From Pseudomonadota bacterium (GTDB taxonomy: Bacteria > Pseudomonadota > Gammaproteobacteria > Burkholderiales > Burkholderiaceae_C): a DNA stretch of 64,000 nt. The notes beneath the pieces were generated by a model. The model was not told the origin of the DNA and made no database searches. It saw only the letters and a program-made list of their open reading frames with translations. This document shows positions 29,504 to 39,963 of the stretch, piece by piece; the stretch's first letter is position 1, and every line of letters starts with the position of its first letter. The stretch is from positions 25,072-89,071 of the forward strand of contig JAZKGR010000171.1 in NCBI GenBank assembly GCA_040385775.1, given 5' to 3'. A program made the translations under genes and the position numbers.

Positions 29504-29566
29504 GCTATGAATTCAATAGCTGGACAGCCACGTCATCCGTGGGCCAGAGGCAGTTTCGGTTCAAAT
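29504..29566 (+). repeat. Dispersed 17+20 motif copy 8 (overlaps 3' end of Lrp gene)
   Basis: GCTATGAATTCAATAGC-N20-GGGCCAGAGGCAGTTTCGGTTCAAAT. Confidence 0.85.
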
Positions 29567-30039
29567 TTTGAGCGTTTGACGCTGAAGAAGGCCTTGACGT
29601 TGCGCACGTTGGCATCGCTGGTAAACAGGCGTTGCGCCAGCGCCAGGTAGGCTGGCATGTCGCTGACATGCACCACCAGCACAAAGTCCGGGCCGGGCGA
29701 GACGCGGTAACACTGCTGCACCGCATCGTCCTGCACGGCGCGGGCCTCGAAGGCGGCCAGCGCTTCGGCGCCCTGGCGGTCCAGCGTGATTTCGGTGATG
29801 GCGGTGAGGCCATGGCCCAGGGTGGCGGCCATGTTGTCCAGCGACAGGATGGCGATCTGCCGCTCGATCAAGCCGGCCTCCTGAAGCCGCTTGACGCGCC
29901 GCAAGCAGGTTGGCGGCGAGATGTGTGCGAGCGCGGCCAGCGCCTGGTTGGACAGCGAGGCGTCGCGCTGTAGCTGGTCCAGGATGCGCAAGTCAGCGCT
30001 GTCAAGGTCCAATCGAATATCTGTTGTCGGTGAATTCAT
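29533..30039 (-). CDS. Lrp/AsnC family transcriptional regulator
   Basis: LDSADLRILDQLQRDA, SPPTCLRRVKRL HTH; divergent from glmS. Confidence 0.92.
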   Translation of the reverse strand: MNSPTTDIRLDLDSADLRILDQLQRDASLSNQALAALAHISPPTCLRRVKRLQEAGLIERQIAILSLDNMAATLGHGLTAITEITLDRQGAEALAAFEARAVQDDAVQQCYRVSPGPDFVLVVHVSDMPAYLALAQRLFTSDANVRNVKAFFSVKRSKFEPKLPLAHG

Positions 30040-30182
30040 TGATGATTATTTTCATATTTATGAAATAAATCAACACAAATAGAATTCAATGAAATTTAAT
30101 TCCAAAAATGTAGAAATTTAGCCAGTTAAATTTTCTTCTAACTGTCTACTATCCTGTCTCTGCAATCAACAGGACAGCTCTT

Positions 30183-32030
<1,848 letters not shown>

Positions 32031-32458
32031 CAGTCACGGGTGCGCGAAAGCGCACTGCGGGGTTTGGTAGACGCTCACTTCGCGTGAGCGAAGTTATGCG
32101 GCTGCACAAGCCAAGAAACCTGGCCAAATCCGTCACGGTGGAGTGACGGATTTGGGGCGGCATCCAATGCCGCCCGGCGCAGCGGCCAGGTTTTTGGCTT
32201 GGGGGAGCACTCATATCGCGCAGCGACGTGATGTGAACACCACACGCCCCGCAATCTTGCAAAGAGCGTGACTGTCGAACGACAGTCACGGGTGCGCGTA
32301 AGCGCGCTACGCGGTTTGGTAGACGCTAACTTCGCGTGAGCGAAGTCAGGCGGCCGCACGAGCCAAGAAATCTGGCCAAATCCGTCGCTGTGGAGTGACG
32401 GATTTAGGGCGGCATCAAATTGGTGGGTCAGATCTCGACGGAGCTCAACATCACGTCC

Positions 32459-33373
32459 TCATGCAAACAGCTCCCTTCTAGCGGCCTCTGTTATTGCGGC
32501 CACGCCAGGATGGGTGATCTTTCGTTCAATGGAAATGGCATAAAACTCCTCGACCAAATCCTCTGGAGAACCAATTTGCTCTACCTCAAACTGCCTGGAG
32601 ATTTCCCTTCCCAGCACCGCAGGTGCGGGAAACACACCTAAACCCTCCCGACCGAAAGCCTTCATCAGGGCACTGTCGTCGAATTCAGCCGCAATTGACG
32701 GAGCCAGATCGTTGCGTCGCATCCAGCCGTCAACGCGGGGTCTCAGGGCGCAATCGGCTCCCGGTACAAGCATAGGAAGAGATTCAAGTGAGCGGGGAAA
32801 CTTCGAACGCGCTTGCCGCAACGTCATGGAATGGGCTTGAAGCAGCTTTGCCGCAGCAAAAAAAGCGATTCCGCTACGTCCCAAAAGGTGAGTAAAAGCC
32901 TTGATGCCCAAATTTCCGGGAAGCGGCACATCGGAGATAACCAGGTCTACTCGCCGCAGCGCAAGTTCCGCCATCAAGGTTGCAAGTTTCCCCTCTGGAC
33001 AAATAAGTCTCGGCGCCGGTTTTAGACGAAGTGCCGGCTCAAGCACATGGTAAGCAATGGCTTTGGGGACGGAGTCAACGAATCCAACCTTGAGCAACGG
33101 TGCCTTCGGGGCATCTCGCCCGCCACGCAGGGCATCTTCCATTTCCCGGCTAAGCGTAAATATCTCGTCCGCATACTGCATGGCCATTCGCCCTGCCTCG
33201 GTGGGCTCCACACCTCGCCCGACTTTGCGCAGCAGTGGTTTCCCGAGCCTTTCTTCGAGCAGATTGATCTGCCCGCTCAAGGTCTGAGGGGATAGGTGTA
33301 ACTCTTCACTGGCACGCAGCACGCCGCCGGCGCGTACGACCGTCCAGAAATACTGCAAGTGTTTAAGGTTCAT
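32459..33373 (-). CDS. nhaR: LysR-family transcriptional activator NhaR
   Basis: MNLKHLQYFW, LSPQTLSGQI, AEFDDSALMKAFG, FYAISIERKITHP. Confidence 0.88.
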   Translation of the reverse strand: MNLKHLQYFWTVVRAGGVLRASEELHLSPQTLSGQINLLEERLGKPLLRKVGRGVEPTEAGRMAMQYADEIFTLSREMEDALRGGRDAPKAPLLKVGFVDSVPKAIAYHVLEPALRLKPAPRLICPEGKLATLMAELALRRVDLVISDVPLPGNLGIKAFTHLLGRSGIAFFAAAKLLQAHSMTLRQARSKFPRSLESLPMLVPGADCALRPRVDGWMRRNDLAPSIAAEFDDSALMKAFGREGLGVFPAPAVLGREISRQFEVEQIGSPEDLVEEFYAISIERKITHPGVAAITEAARRELFA

Positions 33374-33389
33374 TGATGCTCCTGTTTTC

Positions 33390-33420
33390 TCGAACGATTG
33401 TCGCTAATTTTCGATTATTC
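33390..33420. promoter_or_regulatory. Putative NhaR box 1
   Basis: TCGAA-N17-CGATTATTC in the divergent promoter; same spacing recurs at 35131. Confidence 0.5.
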
Positions 33421-33472
33421 AGAAAGCGCCTTTGACCATAAAGTCACAGGCATTCATCAACAAGGAGTTGAG

Positions 33473-33727
33473 ATGCATTGTCCAACCTGCACGACCACGC
33501 CACTTGTCCTCGCGCAACGCCAGAACGTGGAGGTCGACTACTGCCCCCACTGCCGCGGAGTGTGGCTTGATCGCGGAGAACTCGAAAAGCTCTTTGAGCA
33601 TGCGGCAGAACGCCAAACGGAGCCGAGGACTGGGCGCTTGTGGAAGACGAACGCCAGCATTGCGGGCCCGCAACTCGGACACCCACAGCGCCAGCGCACC
33701 AGTTGGCTTTCCGACCTTCTAAACTGA
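33473..33727 (+). CDS. Zinc-ribbon (zf-TFIIB-like) protein
   Basis: MHCPTC..VEVDYCPHCRGVWLDRGELEK; AGGAG RBS. Confidence 0.88.
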   Translation: MHCPTCTTTPLVLAQRQNVEVDYCPHCRGVWLDRGELEKLFEHAAERQTEPRTGRLWKTNASIAGPQLGHPQRQRTSWLSDLLN

Positions 33728-33737
33728 GGGGGTTGTA

Positions 33738-34154
33738 GTGCAACGGTACCAGACAAATTCACCGCACGCTGCGGCCCAAGTGATCGCACTTACCGTGTTG
33801 GCAGATGGCGTGGTCTCGCGCAGCGAGATCGGCGCGTTATTTGGATCGCAAACCTACGAGCAACTAGAGATCGACACTACGGAAATGCAGGGCCTAGTCG
33901 AAGCCTTGGCGTTAGATCTTTCTCAACTTGGCACGCCGGCATGGACACATGGCGGGGAGCTTCAACCTTTGCTGGTGATTCGCGTCCTGGAAGGCGTCAC
34001 TGCGCCCGCTCTTTCTCTGAAAACATTTGAGCTTTGCAAGCTTATCGCCGAATCGGACTTCCATGTTTGCCAAAGCGAAAGAGCTTTGCTTCGGCGTGCC
34101 AGGTCTCACTGGCTACTGCCAATTCCAACAACCATCACCCCCAAGGGATATTAA
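33738..34154 (+). CDS. TerB-like protein
   Basis: YQTNSPHAA, LADGVVSRSE, ESDFHVCQSE; GTG start after GAGGGG. Confidence 0.72.
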   Translation: MQRYQTNSPHAAAQVIALTVLADGVVSRSEIGALFGSQTYEQLEIDTTEMQGLVEALALDLSQLGTPAWTHGGELQPLLVIRVLEGVTAPALSLKTFELCKLIAESDFHVCQSERALLRRARSHWLLPIPTTITPKGY

Positions 34155-34387
34155 TGAAAGCCTCAGGCGGTTCACTTATTGAAGTTCGCATGCCCGATGG
34201 GCAGATTGCGCAGGTTGAGGTACCCCAGCGCCGGGCTGATGCTATGCCTCGCCGCAGGGTTGGCCGCGCCTTGCAGGCTATCGGCCAGGCGGTTACGCAG
34301 AGTTTTACGGTGCAAGAACCTTCGCATATGCCCGTGCGAGCCTGTGTACCGGTTCGCGTCACCACCGTTCGCAGGATACGGCAATGA
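34154..34387 (+). CDS. Small hypothetical protein
   Basis: TAATG overlap with previous stop; MKASGGSLIEV... Confidence 0.5.
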   Translation: MKASGGSLIEVRMPDGQIAQVEVPQRRADAMPRRRVGRALQAIGQAVTQSFTVQEPSHMPVRACVPVRVTTVRRIRQ

Positions 34388-34557
34388 GCGAGCAAAGTTT
34401 TATTGTCATGGCGACGGTACTGGGCGCATGTTGCCTGCTGGCGGCCTATCTCGGCCATCGCGGAGGGAACGAAAAACGCGATGTTCGACTGATGATGGGT
34501 AGCGGCGCTGCCCTGGGCGGTATTGCGCTGACAGTACTGGCAATCCAGCAGCCCTGA
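34384..34557 (+). CDS. 57-aa two-TM small protein (not in ORF track)
   Basis: ATGA overlap; MSEQSFIVMATVLGACCLLAAYLGHRGGNEKRDVRLMMGSGAALGGIALTVLAIQQP. Confidence 0.6.
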   Translation: MSEQSFIVMATVLGACCLLAAYLGHRGGNEKRDVRLMMGSGAALGGIALTVLAIQQP

Positions 34558-34711
34558 CAGCAACATGGTTTGACACGCAGACGACAAGCCGGCCGTTTTT
34601 TTGGGGGCGCCTTTTCCACTGCTGTCCACCGCACAAAGGTCTTGGCCGGCAGTATCTAGCGTTGAACTGCTAAAACACAACAATCCAAATCTGATTACTT
34701 AATGGAACTTT

Positions 34712-35071
34712 ATGATCGCAATAATTTGGTCTGTTTTCGCTTTCTTACTGATTAGTTGGACTGCCGTTGCCTGGGCGACAGCAGCCCTCATGAATTGGGG
34801 AGCACAGGCGATGACTGCAACCGGCGGCGTGGAGCTGCTCGGCTCGGCTGGCGCCACGTCGTTGCCTCAATGGATCACGGCATGGATGGGTCCGGAGTTT
34901 CTCCCGGCACTTGTCGATACCGCACAGTTTTCTGCTGGAATGCTCGAGGCGGTGCTTCCTTGGGCTGGCGCCGCTGCAGGCTGGCTGGTCCCGATCATCT
35001 GGATAGGATGGTTCATCGTCGCGATCCTTATGACTGTAGTGGCAGTGGTCGTGCACAAGGTTGTAAGGTGA
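34712..35071 (+). CDS. Hypothetical membrane protein
   Basis: Trp-rich hydrophobic ORF with terminal TM segments. Confidence 0.65.
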   Translation: MIAIIWSVFAFLLISWTAVAWATAALMNWGAQAMTATGGVELLGSAGATSLPQWITAWMGPEFLPALVDTAQFSAGMLEAVLPWAGAAAGWLVPIIWIGWFIVAILMTVVAVVVHKVVR

Positions 35072-35130
35072 GTGTAGGCTGTTTTCGCCCCAAGCTCGGT
35101 GAGCACTATGAGCGGATAACTACCAATTTT

Positions 35131-35161
35131 TCGAATGGTCGAGTTAAAAATACGAATTTTC
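35131..35161. promoter_or_regulatory. Putative NhaR box 2
   Basis: TCGAA-N17-CGAATTTTC upstream of the terC-like gene. Confidence 0.45.
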
Positions 35162-35361
35162 TTGTGCCGATTAGTTCGATAAATTAGAGGCTATTCGAAG
35201 GCAGTTAGAGGTGATGTCAAATTTCCGGTTTTTAGGAATGAAGGTCACTTTCTTTCGGCTTGAGATTACTCTGCGCGGATAACTCGTGAACGCCGTCACG
35301 GAGGCAATGTCCCCGTGAAAACTCTCGCCTAGAGCGACTAGAACTAATTTTTTAGGAATTT

Positions 35362-36321
35362 ATGGAAACAATCGCTCCGCTTTGGCTTTGGGCCACATTC
35401 GGCGGCATCGTGCTGGTGTCGCTCTTCATAGACTTTGTCGTCCTCAGAAAGCAAGGATCTCACGACATCGGCGTCAAAGAGGCCGCGATATGGTCCCTGG
35501 TCTGGGTTGCGCTCAGCTTCCTGTTCAACGGATTGTTTTGGTGGGCAGTCAGGGACACCACGGGGTCTGTGGAGATCGCAAATACCAAATCACTCGAGTT
35601 CCTGACCGGCTATCTGATTGAGAAATCACTGGCCGTGGACAATATATTTGTCTTTCTGCTGATCTTCACGTATTTCGCTGTACCGTCGGAGTTCCAAAAG
35701 CGGGTCTTAATGATCGGCATCATCGGGGCCATCGTGCTTCGGACTGTCATGATCCTGATAGGTGGCTGGCTGCTGGCCGAGTTTCACTGGATTTTGTACG
35801 TATTCGGCGCATTCCTGATCCTCACAGGCATAAAGATGTGGTGGGCAGCAGGTAAAGAGCCAAACCTGGACGATAACCCGGCACTTAAGCTGCTTCGCAA
35901 GCTGATACCGGTGAGCAAAAACTACGACGGCGAAAAGTTCTGGACGGTGGAAAACGGCAAGAAGATTGCAACGCCTCTTTTTATGGTGATCTGCCTGATC
36001 GCTCTCACCGATGTGATCTTCGCCGTGGATTCCATTCCCGCTATTTTCGCCATCACCAGTGATCCCTTCATTGTCCTGACCAGCAACGTCTTTGCTATTC
36101 TGGGACTGCGGGCTATGTATTTCCTTTTGGCGGCCGTGGCCAACAAATTTCACCTGCTCAACTATGGTCTTGCAGTGATTTTGATCTTCATTGGTACAAA
36201 GATGTGCCTTATCGACTACTACAAGATTCCTGTAGCCGTGTCCTTGGGCGTCGTGATGGGTATATTGGCACTGACCATGGTGTTAAGTATGCGCTCCAGC
36301 AAGTCTGAAACCCGAGGCTAA
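35362..36321 (+). CDS. TerC/Alx family membrane protein
   Basis: GYLIEKSLAVDNIFVF, DVIFAVDSIPA, SNVFAILGLRAMYF. Confidence 0.94.
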   Translation: METIAPLWLWATFGGIVLVSLFIDFVVLRKQGSHDIGVKEAAIWSLVWVALSFLFNGLFWWAVRDTTGSVEIANTKSLEFLTGYLIEKSLAVDNIFVFLLIFTYFAVPSEFQKRVLMIGIIGAIVLRTVMILIGGWLLAEFHWILYVFGAFLILTGIKMWWAAGKEPNLDDNPALKLLRKLIPVSKNYDGEKFWTVENGKKIATPLFMVICLIALTDVIFAVDSIPAIFAITSDPFIVLTSNVFAILGLRAMYFLLAAVANKFHLLNYGLAVILIFIGTKMCLIDYYKIPVAVSLGVVMGILALTMVLSMRSSKSETRG

Positions 36322-36482
36322 TTCAACGCGGGCGGACGCAAGCGCACAGCAAAACTGGCTTTGGCTAACACCCGACCACAAGGAAACACTATGAGCATCA
36401 TGTCTTCGCAATCTGGCCCGTATGCTGCTGTCCAACAACTTGACAAAGCTGCACACGGGCATAACCCAACGCAGGCCGGATC

Positions 36483-37031
36483 TTGACCGCGCCGAGATTG
36501 GCGGTTCGCTCCTATCTGAACAACAGTCCCCACGCTGCTGGCAGGATCGTGGCGCTTGCGCTCATTGCGGACGGGCAGATCGGGCCGGCCGAGGCCGAAA
36601 CTTTGGAGGCGCTCCAAGCGACGAAGAGGCTGGGCCTTATCCCCGAACAATGGGATGAGGTCATACACGATCTTTGCGCGGACTTGCTGGGTCCTGCGCG
36701 GCTGCAGGACGAGGGATGCATCCCGGCAGAGCTGCTGGAGGGCATGCTTGACGAGCTCGACAACGTTGCGTTGCGCAGGCTCGTCCTGCGCCTGAGCTCA
36801 GCGGTTGTGCATGCGGACGGGCGCATCGACGAAGGCGAGTCGCTCGTCCTGGTTGCAGCCATGGAGCGATGGGGCTTCCTTCCAGACGACCCGGCGCTAC
36901 TCGAGCCCATGATGGATGTCGTCGACACGTCGAGCGGCAAGCGGCAAGCGCCGAGCGGCGATTGCCATCATCCGATAGCCGTGTGCGCGACCGGCGCCTC
37001 TCCTGACCTCCCACGTATGGTTGTGCGCTGA
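36483..37031 (+). CDS. TerB-like protein (second paralog)
   Basis: YLNNSPHAAGRIVALALIADG, HADGRIDEGE; start uncertain. Confidence 0.75.
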   Translation: MTAPRLAVRSYLNNSPHAAGRIVALALIADGQIGPAEAETLEALQATKRLGLIPEQWDEVIHDLCADLLGPARLQDEGCIPAELLEGMLDELDNVALRRLVLRLSSAVVHADGRIDEGESLVLVAAMERWGFLPDDPALLEPMMDVVDTSSGKRQAPSGDCHHPIAVCATGASPDLPRMVVR

Positions 37032-37033
37032 GG

Positions 37034-37981
37034 ATGCCGCCGATGCAGCTGTTCGAGCCTGTCATTCTGTTTTTCCTGCTGGGAGCGTTCGCCGGCTTCG
37101 TACGTTCGGATTTGCGCATCCCAGGTGTCCTCTACGAGTCGCTCAGCATTTTCCTGTTGCTGGCCATTGGCCTCAAAGGTGGGGTGGAGCTGGCGCGTTA
37201 TCCGATCGCTTCCATCGCGCTGCCCTCCCTGGTGGTGGTTGCTGTCGGCGCGATGATTCCGCTGGTGGCCTACCTCGTCTTGCGACGTTTAGGACGGTTT
37301 CCACAAGCTGACGCTGGCGCCATTGCGGGCCATTATGGGTCTGTTAGTGTCGTCACGTTCGCAGTTGGCGCGACCTACCTGGCCCGAATGGGCCAGGAGT
37401 CCGAAGGCTACATGACGGTGTTGCTTGTCCTTTTGGAGTTCCCTGCGCTCGTCATCGGCGTGCTATTGGCCCGGCGGGGCGAACTGGGGACCCCCTGGAA
37501 AAAGGTACTTCACGAGGTGTTTGCCGGAAAAAGTATCCTCTTGCTCCTCGGCGGCTTGGGCATAGGCTGGGCGGCTGGGCCGCAAGGCATCGCTCCGCTG
37601 GATCTGCTGTTCTTTGATCTGTTCAAAGGCGTGCTGGCTTTCTTCCTGCTGGAGATGGGACTGGTCGCGGCGAGCCGGTTCGGCGAGTTGCGGCGTGCTG
37701 GGCTCTTTCTGGTCATCTTCGCCGTGGGAATGCCGCTTTTTTCCGCAGCACTGGGGATCGCGACGGGCTCGATTCTCGGCATGTCGGTCGGTGGCGTGAC
37801 GCTTCTTGCAACGCTCTATGCCAGCGCTTCGTACATTGCTGCGCCGGCAGCCATGCGACTGGCGGTGCCGCAAGCCAATCCCGCGTTGTCGATCGGTGCA
37901 GCTTTGGGAATCACGTTCCCTTTCAACCTGCTGGTCGGCATCCCGCTGTACCATCACTTGGCACAGCGAGTCGTTCACTAA
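37034..37981 (+). CDS. sbtA: Sodium-dependent bicarbonate transport family permease (SbtA-like)
   Basis: LLLAIGLKGG, HYGSVSVVTF, LEMGL, SASYIAAPAAMR, TFPFN. Confidence 0.88.
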   Translation: MPPMQLFEPVILFFLLGAFAGFVRSDLRIPGVLYESLSIFLLLAIGLKGGVELARYPIASIALPSLVVVAVGAMIPLVAYLVLRRLGRFPQADAGAIAGHYGSVSVVTFAVGATYLARMGQESEGYMTVLLVLLEFPALVIGVLLARRGELGTPWKKVLHEVFAGKSILLLLGGLGIGWAAGPQGIAPLDLLFFDLFKGVLAFFLLEMGLVAASRFGELRRAGLFLVIFAVGMPLFSAALGIATGSILGMSVGGVTLLATLYASASYIAAPAAMRLAVPQANPALSIGAALGITFPFNLLVGIPLYHHLAQRVVH

Positions 37982-37989
37982 ATGAGATC

Positions 37990-38304
37990 ATGCAAAATAC
38001 CGAGACAGCGATACGCAAAGTTCTAACGATTGTGTGCGAAGGGGCACTCGAAGCGACATTGCTGCGCGAACTCGAGTCACTTGGCGCGCGAGGCTATACC
38101 GTGACTGATGCGCGTGGAAAGGGTAGCCGCGGTCGGCGAGATGCCACTTGGGGACCGCATGCCAACATTCGGGTGGAGATCGTGTGCGGCGCGCAAACCG
38201 CGCGTGCCATCATCGACGCCCTTCGTGAGCGCTACTACGACAACTTCTCGATGATCCTTTTCACCGTTGATGCAGAAGTGCTACGACCGGAGAAGTTCGA
38301 CTGA
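37990..38304 (+). CDS. sbtB: PII-like protein (SbtB-like)
   Basis: KVLTIVCE, GARGYTVTDARGKGSRG, NIRVEIVC, VLRPEKF; directly after sbtA. Confidence 0.82.
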   Translation: MQNTETAIRKVLTIVCEGALEATLLRELESLGARGYTVTDARGKGSRGRRDATWGPHANIRVEIVCGAQTARAIIDALRERYYDNFSMILFTVDAEVLRPEKFD

Positions 38305-38493
38305 GCGTAGCGCCGAACCGCGCCCATCCGATTGCGAAGCCGTTAGCGCCGCTCGACGCGCGGAGCGTTGGAGCGCCGTGCGGCGAGCGACCTCATAGCT
38401 TACCGGGCTAAGAAATGGTCTCTAGGTAGATGACGACGAAGCGTGCAGCGTAGACCATCTGTTCTAATTTCAGTTAAGTCAAGGTAAACAAGA

Positions 38494-39012
38494 ATGGAAA
38501 AAATACTTTCAGGGGTGGGGTCGTTGCTTTACGGCATGAGATTCACCATGCTGTTTTTCTATGTCGGGTTGGTGGCAATCATTTTCGGCATTTTGGGAAA
38601 GTTCCTGCTCGAAACGTACAAGCTGATGAGTACATTGCTATTTGGCGAGCTCGAAAAGATCGAACTCATCATCAAGGTGCTTGAACTGGTGGATATGACA
38701 ATGGTGGCTCAGCTTGTTTGGGTTGTGGCCCTGGCGGGTGTCTCTCTCTTTGTGACCACCGGACACTTTGACAAAACGGACATGAAAAAGCCTGACTGGC
38801 TGGACCATGTCAACACTTATAACCTCAAGTTAAAGCTCGCATTCGCCATCATCTCCATTTCAGGTGTCCATGCGTTGAAGACTTACTTGAGTGGCGACCT
38901 GACTTTGGCAAACATCCAAGTGGTGACGATGGTGGCCGTAATTCACTTTACCTTCGTACTTTCTGCCATAGGGATCTCGTTCGCAGAGCGATTGACGCGA
39001 GAAAGGACATGA
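38494..39012 (+). CDS. YqhA/UPF0114 family membrane protein
   Basis: VLELVD, WLDHVNTYNLKLKLA..IISISGVHAL. Confidence 0.75.
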   Translation: MEKILSGVGSLLYGMRFTMLFFYVGLVAIIFGILGKFLLETYKLMSTLLFGELEKIELIIKVLELVDMTMVAQLVWVVALAGVSLFVTTGHFDKTDMKKPDWLDHVNTYNLKLKLAFAIISISGVHALKTYLSGDLTLANIQVVTMVAVIHFTFVLSAIGISFAERLTRERT

Positions 39013-39067
39013 TTGGTCTGGAAGGTAGTCGAATTTTGGTTGGGTATGAATTAAATGGAACTCATCA

Positions 39068-39535
39068 ATGATTTACGCGATTTTGAATATTGTTCATGTA
39101 CTGTCTATCACGGTATGGATCGGCGGCATGGTGTTTGCGCACTTCGTTTTGCGCCCGGCGGTCGCTCAGCTCGAGCCACCATTGCGGCTGCCGTTGATGC
39201 ACGACGTGCTCAGCCGATTTTTTAAAATCGTACTCGTAGCATCGCTACTGACTCTGGTCAGCGGGATGTGGATGCTGGGTCGTGTGGCCAAGCAGGTGGT
39301 GCAGTCGGGGGGTAACTTTGAGATGCCGCTAGCCTGGACGGTCATGGCGGTGCTGGGCGTTGTGATGGTAACGATCTTCATGTACACCCGCTTCATGCTT
39401 TTCAAACAGCTCGACCGGGCCGTGGCACTGTCCGAATGGGCCGTAGGTGGTGCGGCACTTGCGCGGATTCGCACTTGGATATTTATCAACCTCGGCTTGG
39501 GTTTTTTGGTGCTGCTCGTGATCCTGTTGCGCTGA
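39068..39535 (+). CDS. CopD/DUF4149-like integral membrane protein
   Basis: HVLSITVWIGGMVFAHFVLRPA, IRTWIFINLGLG. Confidence 0.75.
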   Translation: MIYAILNIVHVLSITVWIGGMVFAHFVLRPAVAQLEPPLRLPLMHDVLSRFFKIVLVASLLTLVSGMWMLGRVAKQVVQSGGNFEMPLAWTVMAVLGVVMVTIFMYTRFMLFKQLDRAVALSEWAVGGAALARIRTWIFINLGLGFLVLLVILLR

Positions 39536-39714
39536 CCAATCTGAGCCTGAAAGCTGCAGATCACCCGTGCATTGAGGCGAAAGCGGCGCCCATGAAGCGC
39601 GTCGATTGGGCGTATGTCCTGTTTTTGGAACCGGTCAGGATCAACCTCGCCGTCGGGCCACTGCCGGCTTCGCCCCCTGAGCTCAGCAACAGTGAGAAAA
39701 TCATCCGCTTTTGA

Positions 39715-39862
39715 ACCCTGCCTGGATTCGCTGGTGGATCTGATTGTTGCGTCGGTGATCGGCTACAGCGCCTACATTGGAGCGCCAGTGGCCGCGCACC
39801 CGACGACGCTGGCCTGGCTGCAAAAGGTGCAGGCGCGCCCTTCGATGCAAATCGACGCTTGA
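39715..39862 (+). pseudogene. C-terminal remnant of a glutathione S-transferase
   Basis: SLVDLIVASVIGY..AHPTTLAWLQKVQARPS resembles a GST C-terminus; no N-terminal domain. Confidence 0.5.
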
Positions 39863-39963
39863 TTTCAGCAGGCGCTGCGGCACGACTGCGATGGTTGTCT
39901 TCAGCGCTGCCAGTGAGCCATGGCCCGAGCGCCAGACCCAAGCTGAGTTCTGCGGGACCTTCT

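Larger units (their letters stand above)
32421..39862. mobile_element. Accessory island downstream of glmS (no recombinase visible)
   Basis: Visibly more A/T-ending codons than flanks, starts where the att-like array breaks off, ends at a truncated GST fragment; boundaries approximate. Confidence 0.6.

Noticed and set aside
32031-39862. Intact Tn7 or integrase-bearing element at attTn7
   Set aside because: No tnsABCD, integrase or recognisable Tn7 ends were found in the window.
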